A stretch of 64,000 bases of DNA from Spirochaetia bacterium (GCA_963666985.2 CAXXIA010000002.1:3057189-3121188); one strand, 5' to 3'; numbered from the stretch's first letter, positions 36,382 to 46,310 are shown. Program-made: numbers and translations. The notes: generated by a model from the letters alone, not told the origin.

Positions 36382-37881
36382 ATGAGCTACACAGTCGCCG
36401 TCTTGGACATCGGAAAGACCAACAAGAAAGTCGCTTTATATGATGAAGAGATGAACCCCATCGCCGTACGTAAGAGAAAGATTGAAACGTACGTACAGGA
36501 TGGTCTGGATATCGAAGACATCGAAACGGTGGTCGACTGGTTCCTTCAGCAGCTCGGGGAACTCGGGAAGGAATATGAGATTCGAAGCATTGCCGTTACA
36601 ACACACGGCGCCACGTTCGTTTGTCTTGACGGTGAAGGACATCCGTCGGTTCCGCCTGTGGCCTACACCAACGAAGTGGATGAGAGCGTTCATGAACGGT
36701 TTTGGGCCGCCATGGGAAACCCCAAGGAAATTCAGCGAAACACCGCAACCGCTGAAGTCAAGCCTTTAATCAATCCGGCCAAGCTCCTTTGGTTTTTGAA
36801 GGAAAGCCGGCCTGAGGATTTTAAGCGGACCAAGCATATCCTTCTCTATCCGCAGTACTTTGCCTACAGGCTGACCGGCAGGATCGCGGCCGACATTACC
36901 TATACGGGCTGTCACAGCTACCTCTGGGACTTCGGAAAGAACGATTGGTCGGAAGTGACCGATAAGCTTGGGATTCGCGGCATGCTGCCGAAGAAGCCGG
37001 GACTGCCGACCGAAGAGCTCGGTCCCCTTTCGCCGGAAGTTGCCGCACGGACCGGTTTGTCTCCGGATGTAAAAGTTACGCTGGGGATTCACGATTCCAA
37101 TTCGTCGCTCATTCCCTATTTGATTACTCAAAAGAAAGATTTCGTGCTGAATTCCACCGGAACCTGGTGCGTAGCCATGCATCCGGTGGACCAAGTGCGT
37201 TTCGAAGCCGATGAGCTGGGAAAGATGATCTTCTACAACTTATCGTTTGAGGGACGGCCGGTGAAAACGTCCATCCTCATGGGCGGGTTGGAATACGCCT
37301 TTTATACCGAAGCCGTCATGAAGCATCACGGCAGGCAGGAATGGCCGGATTATGATCCGGCGATGTATGCCGATATCCTTTCCCTGCCGCGGACCTTCCT
37401 GCTTCCGTCCCTGGTTCCGGGAAGCGGTCAGTTCCCCGACTCGGTCGCCAGAGTCGTTGACGAGGGAGAAGAGTATTCGCCGAACGATATCGAAACCGGG
37501 AACCGCTGGCCCAAGGCTTTCGAGGATTATCGCGCCGGATTCGCTCTGGCCAATCTTTCTCTGGCCATTCAAACCCGTATCGCGCTGCTTCGCGTCGGAC
37601 TTACCCCCGGAACGGAAGTGTTCATCGAGGGCGGATTCCGGCAGAACGAAAATTACGGCGCCCTTCTCGGTGCGCTGCTCCCGGAAAATCCTCTCTATTT
37701 AACGTCTCTTGATGAAGCGACAAGTTTCGGCGCGGCTCTGACGGCCAAAGCCCTGGCGGACGGTGTGTCCGTTGCGTCCTTAAAAAAGTATGTCAAACTC
37801 GACAAGCAGCCGGTAACCCCGGCCCGATTGGATGGGCTGGAGGATTATGTCGCGGCGTTTATGGCGTATATCGAGGGCTGA
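36382..37881 (+). CDS. FGGY-family carbohydrate kinase (fuculo-/rhamnulokinase-like)
   Basis: LDIGKTNKK, TTHGA, GCHSYLWDF, GIHDSN, NSTGTW, IEGGF; directly after fucI. Confidence 0.85.
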   Translation: MSYTVAVLDIGKTNKKVALYDEEMNPIAVRKRKIETYVQDGLDIEDIETVVDWFLQQLGELGKEYEIRSIAVTTHGATFVCLDGEGHPSVPPVAYTNEVDESVHERFWAAMGNPKEIQRNTATAEVKPLINPAKLLWFLKESRPEDFKRTKHILLYPQYFAYRLTGRIAADITYTGCHSYLWDFGKNDWSEVTDKLGIRGMLPKKPGLPTEELGPLSPEVAARTGLSPDVKVTLGIHDSNSSLIPYLITQKKDFVLNSTGTWCVAMHPVDQVRFEADELGKMIFYNLSFEGRPVKTSILMGGLEYAFYTEAVMKHHGRQEWPDYDPAMYADILSLPRTFLLPSLVPGSGQFPDSVARVVDEGEEYSPNDIETGNRWPKAFEDYRAGFALANLSLAIQTRIALLRVGLTPGTEVFIEGGFRQNENYGALLGALLPENPLYLTSLDEATSFGAALTAKALADGVSVASLKKYVKLDKQPVTPARLDGLEDYVAAFMAYIEG

Positions 37882-38016
37882 TTCGCTTCCTGCGGCAAAG
37901 CGGTGAATCCGCAGCCGCGGGATTGAATGTTCCGGCCGTGCCTGCGATTCCGCCTGAGGCGGGGGAGTGATTCGATAAGTCGTTTAGGGGTATCCTGAAA
38001 GCCCGAGGTATTTTTC

Positions 38017-38721
38017 ATGCCCCTGCACATCGATAATTTCCATATCGCCGCGGATGATTTTCCAACAACCGAACAGTATCCCTATTCCCTGGAACTCGTT
38101 AGGACGATGTCCGGGGTTTCCTTTGATTCTCCGATTACGCTGTTTGTCGGGGAGAACGGAACCGGAAAATCCACCATCCTTGAAGCTCTGGCCAGAGCCT
38201 GCGGCGTTCATATTTGGCGCTTTGAAACGGGCGCTCGCTATAGAAACAACCGTTTTGAGGAAACCCTTTACAGGCATATTCGCGTCGGATGGACCCGCGG
38301 ACCGGTTCCCGGAGCTTTTTTCGGTTCCGAAATTTTCAAGGATTTCGCCTATCTGCTCGATGAATGGGCTTCCACGGACCCCGGACAGCTGAAATATTTC
38401 GGAGGGGAATCCCTCGTTACTCAATCCCACGGCCAGTCCATGATGGCTTATTTTCAATCCCGATACGCCGTTAAGGGACTCTATTTTCTGGATGAACCCG
38501 AGACGGCTCTCTCTCCGCGCAGCCAAATGGAACTGATGGAGATTATTCAAAAGAACGCGGGCGCCGGTCATGCCCAATTCGTGATTACGACGCATTCGCC
38601 GCTTCTTCTGACCATGGAAGGGGCCCGGATTTACAGTTTTGATCATCTTCCCGTGAAAAGCGTTTCTTTTCGGGAAACCGAGCATTTTCGTGTGTATAAG
38701 GAATTCTTTTCGGGATTCTGA
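38017..38721 (+). CDS. Stand-alone ABC-type/AAA ATPase (COG3910-like)
   Basis: GENGTGKST, QSHGQS signature, LDEPETALSP, TTHSP; no TM partner. Confidence 0.85.
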   Translation: MPLHIDNFHIAADDFPTTEQYPYSLELVRTMSGVSFDSPITLFVGENGTGKSTILEALARACGVHIWRFETGARYRNNRFEETLYRHIRVGWTRGPVPGAFFGSEIFKDFAYLLDEWASTDPGQLKYFGGESLVTQSHGQSMMAYFQSRYAVKGLYFLDEPETALSPRSQMELMEIIQKNAGAGHAQFVITTHSPLLLTMEGARIYSFDHLPVKSVSFRETEHFRVYKEFFSGF

Positions 38722-38775
38722 TTGCCGCGGTGATGCCGGAACGTACGGCTGAAACCGTTGAAAATTGTGTTTCTT

Positions 38776-39504
38776 TTACGGATCGGTCGGGTCGTCCGAT
38801 TCGGTCAATTCCTCCAAAAGTGTTCGTACGGATGTGTTTTCACCGTATTCCAAAGACTGTTTCAGACTTAGGATCGCCTTTTCCCTATATCCCAGGCCGA
38901 AGGCTTGAATCTCTGCGATGATGAGGTAAAGATGAGAATCTCGATGTCCTTTCTCAATCAGACGAAGGAATCGTTCAAGGGCTTCGTTATAGCGTGATTT
39001 TCTGTAAAAAAAAGCGCCTTCGAGGGCCAGCAGCCGGGAATCTTCTTCATCGATATATCGGGCTCTCTCCAGATATTCTTCGGCTTGCTTCCATTCCAGG
39101 GCGTTCAGTGAAGATTCGGCTTTATCGAGCAGATGAGATTGAGAGAGAAGCCGGGCATAGAGAACTTGTTTTCGGCTGGTAAAATTTAAATCGACGATTC
39201 GGCTTTCAAAGTCGTCTTTTGAGAGCCGAAGTGTGTGATTTCCCCGGCTGAGGCCGGGAAGAACGAATCTTCCGTCGATATCGGTAATCGATGAATATTT
39301 ATCTTTGCCGTCCGCCCGGACGACCGCTCCGCGGCAGGGACGATTTTCCGAATCATAGACGATGCCGATGAAGTCGGCTTGCAAAAAATCGCCCATATCT
39401 TCATTCCCGGCTTTCGGAGAAGAGGAACACGCGGCTGTAATCAGCATGACGCCGATAAGGGCGATGATGAGACAGAATGAGTTTCGGCGGCTGTTCATGA
39501 ACAT
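38776..39504 (-). CDS. Lipoprotein with carboxypeptidase-regulatory-like beta domain and TPR repeats (last gene of the T2SS operon)
   Basis: Lipobox LITAA|C; GIVYD...TDIDGRFVL...G-H-L beta-sandwich pattern; C-terminal helical TPR-like repeats. Confidence 0.7.
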   Translation of the reverse strand: MFMNSRRNSFCLIIALIGVMLITAACSSSPKAGNEDMGDFLQADFIGIVYDSENRPCRGAVVRADGKDKYSSITDIDGRFVLPGLSRGNHTLRLSKDDFESRIVDLNFTSRKQVLYARLLSQSHLLDKAESSLNALEWKQAEEYLERARYIDEEDSRLLALEGAFFYRKSRYNEALERFLRLIEKGHRDSHLYLIIAEIQAFGLGYREKAILSLKQSLEYGENTSVRTLLEELTESDDPTDP

Positions 39505-40406
39505 TCCTCCCGAGGGACTACGTGAGTCTTCTCTTCGATTCGGATTATTAAAAGACCGTCATCGTCGGAAAGCAGGCGCCAACCGGAGCGTTCTTCTCCG
39601 ACACGCAGACGGCGGATTCGGCCTGTTCGGCCGTCCTTCATGGCATAGATATATCCCCCCGATCCTTCGATATAGCGTCCCACGATGCATATCGGAATAG
39701 CCGGAGTATCGGATTCAGGAAAACTCGCTTCTTCGGGTTCCGGCGGCTCAAGCGGCCGAGGAGACGATTGAGGAGAGGCGTTACGGAACGTCGGCCCGAA
39801 AAGAATCTCGGCGGCCGCCGCAAGAGCATCGGGTGTTTTTGCGACGAGGTTTTTTTCAAAACCGATACTTTTACCGATGGCCGTATCGATTTGTATCGAG
39901 GAATCGTATTCACCGATTTCTTCTTTGTTACAGCGGGCCGGAAGGATTGTAAGTGTTACGGAGAGTCTTTTATCGAGTACTGTGAAGGAAGCGCGGGAAA
40001 CATCCAGGATCGGTTCGGCGGATTCCAGAATCATCAGAAACGGCATGACCTGCGCCGGAAGTCCTGAAAAGATAATCTCCAGAGTGGGAATTTCGTTTCG
40101 AAGAAAAAAAGAATAGGAGGAAACCGAGAGTCCCAGCCTATCGGTCTCGTCGATGATGATGGCGGCGGACTCGATAAAATGATCATACGGCGGATCATCG
40201 TACCGTTCGCGTTCTTCGGCGATTTTATTCCGCAGTACGGCGTTAATGCGGTTTGGATCCTCGAGCCGTTTTTTCTCCGCCGGCGCGGGGAAAAAGGCCG
40301 CCGAAGGGAATGACTTTTCCGTATTTCGTGAGAGCAAGGCCGCGACGGCTCCGGCTCCCAAGGAAAGGAGAATGAAGATAATGATGAGAAGGCGTTTAAG
40401 GACCAT
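39495..40406 (-). CDS. Bitopic membrane protein, probable T2SS/T4P assembly component (GspM/PilO-like N-part, GspC/PilP-like C-part)
   Basis: Start MVLKRLL, then a TM helix, a ferredoxin-like segment (IIFSG...VMPFLMILE), Pro-rich linker and C-terminal beta motif (LRVGEERSGWRL). Position in operon. Confidence 0.5.
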   Translation of the reverse strand: MVLKRLLIIIFILLSLGAGAVAALLSRNTEKSFPSAAFFPAPAEKKRLEDPNRINAVLRNKIAEERERYDDPPYDHFIESAAIIIDETDRLGLSVSSYSFFLRNEIPTLEIIFSGLPAQVMPFLMILESAEPILDVSRASFTVLDKRLSVTLTILPARCNKEEIGEYDSSIQIDTAIGKSIGFEKNLVAKTPDALAAAAEILFGPTFRNASPQSSPRPLEPPEPEEASFPESDTPAIPICIVGRYIEGSGGYIYAMKDGRTGRIRRLRVGEERSGWRLLSDDDGLLIIRIEEKTHVVPREECS

Positions 40407-41403
40407 CAAAGAGCCCCTCGATTGAAATCTCCCGGTTCTCAAGGCCCCCGGATTCGGCGACTTCAACGGCGTTAATACCGGAAAAACGGGGATGAGCACG
40501 CAGAGAGCGAACCAGGGCCATCGGGTCGGAGGAACGGCCCTTGAAGCGGAACCCGCGGCCGTCGACGGAAAGGTATGTGATTTCCAGATTCGAAGCGGTC
40601 GCGGGTGCGGCGATGCCGGTATTTTTTTCGCCTGAGTCCGAACCGGCGCTTCCGGCTTCCGCAAGAGCGGCCAGCAGATCCGTCGGACGCCTGGGACGGC
40701 CGCGGACGAGGTTTTGCCATTGATTTTCCAGGGCCGACAGTTCGGCTTTCCGCTCCGTTTCGGCGGCGATTCTGCTTTCTTGGAGCCGAGAGGCTTCAAA
40801 GAGCAACGACGCGGTTTCTTTGTCTTTACGGACCAGCGTGACGGGGATAAGGGATGAGACCGCCAGAAAAACAGCGACAGATAGGGGAAGAAGAATATCC
40901 GCAGGCCGTTTGCGGCGGGGGCGGAAGACTTCCCTGATGCGGCGGGAGTGTGACGGAACGGCCGGGTGGTTTTGGTCGCGGTGACTCCGGGGAAAATCCC
41001 GCTCGCCGGGTTTGTGTAATTCATCTTGCCGTTCATCCGGGAGCGCCGTTAGTGCTTTTTCGGCTTCCGGAACCGTAATGCGCGCCAGAGGAAATCTGCT
41101 TCGAATCAAGTTGAGTCTTTCCTTGAGGATCAGGACGGCGACGGCGCGGCGGGTTTGTCCTCTTTGCGGTGAAAGGAGAGTGTCCGTTTCATATCGTTCA
41201 AGGGGTCCCGGAATATGGGAGGCCGTCTTTACTTCCGGAAAGCGGCGGAATTTATTCCAGGATTGTATCGGCGCGTCCTCGATAACAAGTTCCACGAGGA
41301 TCGAATCCAATGCAAGAGTAAGGACGCGTCGGCTGAACGCTATGTCCGGCGAGCAGATAAGATCGTCTCCGGAAAAGCCGATCCGGATAAGTTTCGTCTT
41401 CAT
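40396..41403 (-). CDS. GspL/PilN-like inner-membrane platform protein
   Basis: Cytoplasmic N-region, single TM, coiled coil, C-terminal FRFKGRS...LRAHPRF PilN-like domain; follows gspF. Confidence 0.6.
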   Translation of the reverse strand: MKTKLIRIGFSGDDLICSPDIAFSRRVLTLALDSILVELVIEDAPIQSWNKFRRFPEVKTASHIPGPLERYETDTLLSPQRGQTRRAVAVLILKERLNLIRSRFPLARITVPEAEKALTALPDERQDELHKPGERDFPRSHRDQNHPAVPSHSRRIREVFRPRRKRPADILLPLSVAVFLAVSSLIPVTLVRKDKETASLLFEASRLQESRIAAETERKAELSALENQWQNLVRGRPRRPTDLLAALAEAGSAGSDSGEKNTGIAAPATASNLEITYLSVDGRGFRFKGRSSDPMALVRSLRAHPRFSGINAVEVAESGGLENREISIEGLFDGP

Positions 41404-42512
41404 TGAATTTCTCCCAGCATCCGGAAAAGCGGCAGAACATAGCGGACCACGATCAGAATCATGCCTCCTCCTACAAAGAGGATAAGGATCGGTTCAATCA
41501 GACGCGCCGCGGAATCGACGCTTCTGGCGATGCGTGTTTCGAAGTGTTTTCTGAGAACGGAAAAGATCGACTGAACGCGGCCGGTTCTCTCGCCGATTCG
41601 AATCCATCCGGCCATCATGCCGGGAATCCATGACTCGTCGGAGAGCAGGCGGGAAAGGGACTCGCCGCGGCTTACACCTTCGGCCGCGTGAACCAGACGA
41701 TTGCGCAGATATGAGTGTCGCACCGTTTCGGCCGCCTGCAGAAGCGCTGCGTCCAGCGGCATGCCGCGGCCGGCGCAAATCTCCAGCGCGAAAGACCATT
41801 CCATCAGATTCCAATCGCGCAGAAAGGCGCCGATTCCCGGAATGAAAAGGATCATTTTTTTCAGCTTTTCGCCGTTTCTTTCACTCCTCGATCGGTAATG
41901 GAGCAGAGTCATAACGGCCGGTATCGCCGCCGAGCAGAGAAGAAGAGGAACGGCGAACGAAATCCCGGATCGGCTCGAAATTCCTGATGCTCGGTCCGCC
42001 GAAAAACCCAGGACTTCCATGCTTGCCCGCAAGTTAGGAAGTGTAACCGCGGTTAGGTAGATAACCGCCGCGAGTGCCGTTACGCAGACCATAACGGGGT
42101 AGGCAAGAGCTCCCTTTAACTTTTCCCGCAGCCGCTCGAGCCTGTCGTAATGATGTTCCAAGTGACGCATGGCTTCGGCGAGCGAGCCGGTGGATTCGGC
42201 AATCCCCGAGAGGGCTTTAAAGAGTTGGGGAATTGTTATGGGACAAATCTCCAAAGCTTTTCGAAAAGACTCCCCTCGATTCAATTCCCGCGAGAGTCCT
42301 CGGGTTACGGCGGCGATAGTTTCTTCTCCGCGGAATTCTCCCAGAAGATAAACGGCTTCCTGGAGCGTATGCCCGCCTTCCAGAAGCATGGCCAGCTCTC
42401 CGGCGAATTCTCCTGTTTTTTTCAGCGAAAGACGTTTTGTTCGGTCCTTTCGGTTCGAACGGATCGGGCGGCGCGGATTCTTTTTATCGGAGGTAAAGAG
42501 AGCCGCTTTCAT
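41400..42512 (-). CDS. gspF: Type II secretion/T4P inner-membrane platform protein GspF/PilC
   Basis: ELAMLLEGG, AESTGSL, ALAYP, GERTG, LIEP, LPLF: two T2SSF domains. Confidence 0.9.
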   Translation of the reverse strand: MKAALFTSDKKNPRRPIRSNRKDRTKRLSLKKTGEFAGELAMLLEGGHTLQEAVYLLGEFRGEETIAAVTRGLSRELNRGESFRKALEICPITIPQLFKALSGIAESTGSLAEAMRHLEHHYDRLERLREKLKGALAYPVMVCVTALAAVIYLTAVTLPNLRASMEVLGFSADRASGISSRSGISFAVPLLLCSAAIPAVMTLLHYRSRSERNGEKLKKMILFIPGIGAFLRDWNLMEWSFALEICAGRGMPLDAALLQAAETVRHSYLRNRLVHAAEGVSRGESLSRLLSDESWIPGMMAGWIRIGERTGRVQSIFSVLRKHFETRIARSVDSAARLIEPILILFVGGGMILIVVRYVLPLFRMLGEIQ

Positions 42513-44182
42513 GAGATTACCGCCCGCCGTATTTCTTCCACCGTGGTGATTCCCATGGCGGCTTTCGCGAAGGCGTCACGAAGCATGGGCACATATCCGA
42601 AGAGGTTTTCCCGTTCTTCTCCGTCCGGCCTCCAATGTCCGGAGGCGATTGTCGCGGAGGTCTTTTCATCCGGTGAGAACCATTCTGAGACGGCGATGCG
42701 GCCGGAATAACCGGTCTTTCCGCAGGCCGAGCAGCCCTTTGCGCGGCCGAAACGGAGGTTCCGTACGGATTCCGGGCGGATTTGTTCATCGGCGAATATC
42801 CGGCCGCCGGATTCGGAAATCCCGTACGCGGCCGCCAGAGACCTTTCGTCGGTATCGGCCGCGGATAGAAAACCGCAAACCGGACAGAGTCGCCGTACCA
42901 GGCGCTGAGCCAGGACGCCTTTGAGTACCGCGCTTAAAAGGTACGGAGGAACCCCCATGTCGGTAAGTCGGGATATCGCGGAAGGCGCATCAAGCGTATG
43001 CAGGGTCGCCAGCACCAGATGTCCGGTAAGGGCGGCCCGCACCGCCAGCATCGCCGTTTCGGGATCTCTTATTTCTCCCACCATCATCACGTCCGGATCT
43101 TGTCTGAGCACGCGCCGAAGCAGACTCTCGAAGGTCAGCCCTATCGCTTCGTTCACCTGGATCTGTTCGATGCCCGGGATAATGTATTCCACGGGATCTT
43201 CAATTGTGGTGATTTGTCTGTAGTCTTCTTTGATTTCCGTCAGGAATGTTCCGAGCGTGGTGGTTTTGCCGCTGCCGGTCGGACCCGTGGTTAAAAGAAG
43301 TCCGTGAGGTGCCGCAAGGATGCGGCGCAGTGCCTTTACGGTTGATTGTGGAAAACCGAGATTGTCCGGTCGGATCAGGTTTTCGGCTTTCTGAAAGATC
43401 CGGAGAACAAGTGATTCGCCTCGAATAAGCGGAACGGTCGAAAGACGGATATGAACGTCGCGGCCGCCTAAGGTTACGGTCAGACGTCCGTCCTGGGGAA
43501 GACGGCTTTCCATGATGTTCAGATTCGCCATGAGTTTGATCCGTGAAGATACCGAAGCGAATCGTTCCGGCGGACGGACGGCAACGGTTTGAAGCAATCC
43601 GTCCAGCCTGTAGCGAACGCGCATGGATTCATCGTCTTTCACGATGTGAATGTCGGAAGCTCCGATACGAACGGCGTCCAGGATGATGCTGTTGACCAGA
43701 TTCACCGTGGGGGCATCCTCGGTGAGTGTCTCCAGCGGTGCCGGAAGTCCGCCGAATTCCGGCACGGGGTCTTTTATGCCCCCGGTTTCTTCCCGGGAAA
43801 AATAGCGTGCCAATGCCGAGCGGAACTCGGCCGCCGGAGCTATCCGCAGATCGACGGAACGGGGAGCGTGAAAACGCCACAGTTTTCCGGCGGCGGCTTC
43901 GGCATCCGTTCCTTCTTCGAGCACGGCCGTAACGATTTTGTCGTTTTCTTCCACTTTCAGAACACGGTATTCTTTAATGAACTCCAGTCCGTACTGCTCG
44001 AGAACGGACCAGGAAGGGTAGGTTTTCAGGAGGGGGTAGGCTCCGGAGGAGTCAATGAGCGTTCCCGGGGATTTATCGGCGTTTCGCGAGGTCTTCCGAC
44101 ATGGAGGCCGTTCCGGAATAGCGGTAAGGCTTTCAGCGTTCAATGTACTTCTCATAAACATGACGGAACAGGCCTCCTTCAT
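42509..44182 (-). CDS. gspE: Type II secretion ATPase GspE/PilB
   Basis: ASDIHI, RLPQDGR, GPTGSGKTTT, TIEDPVE, RQDPDVMMVGEIRD, TGHLV, CPVC...CSAC Zn motif. True start may be somewhat downstream. Confidence 0.93.
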   Translation of the reverse strand: MKEACSVMFMRSTLNAESLTAIPERPPCRKTSRNADKSPGTLIDSSGAYPLLKTYPSWSVLEQYGLEFIKEYRVLKVEENDKIVTAVLEEGTDAEAAAGKLWRFHAPRSVDLRIAPAAEFRSALARYFSREETGGIKDPVPEFGGLPAPLETLTEDAPTVNLVNSIILDAVRIGASDIHIVKDDESMRVRYRLDGLLQTVAVRPPERFASVSSRIKLMANLNIMESRLPQDGRLTVTLGGRDVHIRLSTVPLIRGESLVLRIFQKAENLIRPDNLGFPQSTVKALRRILAAPHGLLLTTGPTGSGKTTTLGTFLTEIKEDYRQITTIEDPVEYIIPGIEQIQVNEAIGLTFESLLRRVLRQDPDVMMVGEIRDPETAMLAVRAALTGHLVLATLHTLDAPSAISRLTDMGVPPYLLSAVLKGVLAQRLVRRLCPVCGFLSAADTDERSLAAAYGISESGGRIFADEQIRPESVRNLRFGRAKGCSACGKTGYSGRIAVSEWFSPDEKTSATIASGHWRPDGEERENLFGYVPMLRDAFAKAAMGITTVEEIRRAVIS

Positions 44183-46310
44183 CGGAAGAATCGTCTCTGT
44201 CGTATTCGATGTGAGGAACGATATAAACCACGAATTCCGTGTTTTCCATGGTCGAATTTTCTTTTCGAAAGAGATAACCGAGAAGAGGTATTTTCCCGAG
44301 AAGCGGAACTCTTGTCTCTGTTTCCGTTTTTTCCCGCTGAGTCAGGCCGCCGATGACGACGGGTGTGCCTTCGGCGGCGCGGATGCGGGTATTGATGATT
44401 TTTTCCGACGTGGGAGGCAGTCCTCCGGAATCCTCGTTCGCGCTTAACTGTTTGGAGATGGTGGTTTCGACGGCCATGGTGATCATGCCGTCTCCGGACA
44501 CACGGCCTTCGATGTTGATGAAGAGCCCCGAAGTGATTTCCTTTTCCGTGGAAAGGATCAGGTTGCCGTTGGCATCCTGCTGAATATCCTGGTAGCGGAA
44601 CGTGTTGGTGTTTCGGAAGCTGATTTTTTCACCGGAAAGACCGTTGAGCGTGGAATCGGCGATTACCTTGGCCCTGGATTCGGAGATTTCGGCCGAGAGT
44701 CCGACGGCGAACCGGTATCCGAAAGCGGAAGCGATGTCAAAATTCAGATTCAGCAGGGGGCTTAAGTTCCCCACGATTGCCGTTCCGTCGGAAGATCCGC
44801 CGGGTTGGAAGGAAGCATCGCTTTCCCAGTCCCATTGACGGCTGTCCTGATATTGGATGACAAGAAGGTCATAGCGGATTTGCGGAATAGGCCGATCCAT
44901 GGCGTCCAGAGCCTCTCTGAACGCCCTGAGCTTGTCCGGCCCGCCGTTGAAAAAGATGAGATTGGGATTTTGCGTTCGGGAGATATCCCGCTCATCAAAA
45001 GCCGGCGGCAGATTGGCCGTTAATTCTTCCGAAGTGATGTAGCGAAGCGTGATTGGAATGCCTTCTCGGACGCGATCGACCGTTTTCAGCCACGCGGCGA
45101 ATCTTCGGGACTGATCTTCGCCGGCCAGAACAAGAATCCCGGAATCTTCCGGCAAATTCTTCATCGGAAGATGCGCGAGATTATCAGGCAGAATCGAGGG
45201 AAGGTTCGAAGCGTCTAAAAACTCAAGATCGAAACGAATCCAGCTTTTATCGGCCGGAGTCACATCCATGGTGTCGAGGAAGGACTGTATCGGCGCCAAA
45301 TCCTCCAGCGATCCTCTGAGAATGAGGGCGTTACGTTCCTTGTCGATTGTCATCGAAGATCGGCCCAAAAGTCCCTGCGGCAGAAGGGATGAAACGGATT
45401 TTGCATCCAGATGTTCCAGCGGCCGATGGATGATACAGTCATATTTACGCAGCACATCGGAACGCTGGATATCAAAGATGTATCGAATATCTCCAACAAG
45501 TATGGAATCGGCGTTGCCCTGCTCCAGAAGAAGACGCAGCGTATCGTCAAAAGGCCGCGGTCGGAAGTTCAGTTTGGATATTACACCGTCGTTTCTGCCC
45601 AGGAAGGAATACTCTTTGTCGGCCAGGCTGAAAAGTTCGTCGAGAACATCGCCGAATCGGACATTTCGCACGTTAAGGGAATACAGATCGCCTTCTTTCT
45701 CAACGTTCCCCGCGGCCGAACGATTTCGGTTCCCGCTGACGGCCCGTTTAAGACGGATGTAGAGAAGCCCTTCTTTCGTTTCCAGAGTGTAGTCGGGGTA
45801 TTTATGAATTATGAAAGAGATTAAGTCTGATGCCGATTGCCCGTCGGCGTGAAAGCTCAGCCGTTCGGACGGAAGCGCATCGAAGAGAAGTGTTTCGGGA
45901 ATGTTTCGCGAGAGGGCCAGAACGATATCCTGGAGGCGTGCGTCCTCGGCGTCCAGATTCAATCTTCCGTTTTCGCTGGGAACAATCCGAATCCTGGAAA
46001 CATAGAGAATATCGTTGTCCCAGGAGCCGTAGAGGCGATTTTCTTTCAGAAAAAGATTCAGCGCTTCATGAGCATCCATGCCGGGAGAGCGAAAACTCGT
46101 TCGGCCTTCCACGGTTTCATCCGCCGAAATCGTCATGCCGCCGGCCGTTCCGATAACATCCAGCACGTCCCGAATGTCCTGGTTCAGAAAGGACAGTTCT
46201 TCCAATTCTTCTCCCGATATCGGAAAAGCTGTCGCAGTGAGGAGAACGGCCGTGAGGGAAACGGCGGTGAAAAAGTTGTTTCTGAAATGAATCAAAGACG
46301 CTTTTTTCAT
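44133..46310 (-). CDS. gspD: Outer-membrane secretin (GspD/PilQ family)
   Basis: Signal peptide from MKKAS, DIRDVL N0, repeated N domains, C-terminal VVIGGL...RVPLLGKIPLLGYLF...EFVVYIVPHI. Confidence 0.9.
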   Translation of the reverse strand: MKKASLIHFRNNFFTAVSLTAVLLTATAFPISGEELEELSFLNQDIRDVLDVIGTAGGMTISADETVEGRTSFRSPGMDAHEALNLFLKENRLYGSWDNDILYVSRIRIVPSENGRLNLDAEDARLQDIVLALSRNIPETLLFDALPSERLSFHADGQSASDLISFIIHKYPDYTLETKEGLLYIRLKRAVSGNRNRSAAGNVEKEGDLYSLNVRNVRFGDVLDELFSLADKEYSFLGRNDGVISKLNFRPRPFDDTLRLLLEQGNADSILVGDIRYIFDIQRSDVLRKYDCIIHRPLEHLDAKSVSSLLPQGLLGRSSMTIDKERNALILRGSLEDLAPIQSFLDTMDVTPADKSWIRFDLEFLDASNLPSILPDNLAHLPMKNLPEDSGILVLAGEDQSRRFAAWLKTVDRVREGIPITLRYITSEELTANLPPAFDERDISRTQNPNLIFFNGGPDKLRAFREALDAMDRPIPQIRYDLLVIQYQDSRQWDWESDASFQPGGSSDGTAIVGNLSPLLNLNFDIASAFGYRFAVGLSAEISESRAKVIADSTLNGLSGEKISFRNTNTFRYQDIQQDANGNLILSTEKEITSGLFINIEGRVSGDGMITMAVETTISKQLSANEDSGGLPPTSEKIINTRIRAAEGTPVVIGGLTQREKTETETRVPLLGKIPLLGYLFRKENSTMENTEFVVYIVPHIEYDRDDSSDEGGLFRHVYEKYIER

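Noticed and set aside
38017..38721. Stand-alone ATPase as part of an anti-phage system
   Set aside because: No nuclease, TOPRIM or other effector partner next to it; it matches a common solitary ATPase family.
40407..41036. N-terminal 210 aa of ORF 39495..41036
   Set aside because: Overlaps the GspL/PilN-like gene in another frame; the plausible start is MVLKRLL at 40406, before the TM helix.
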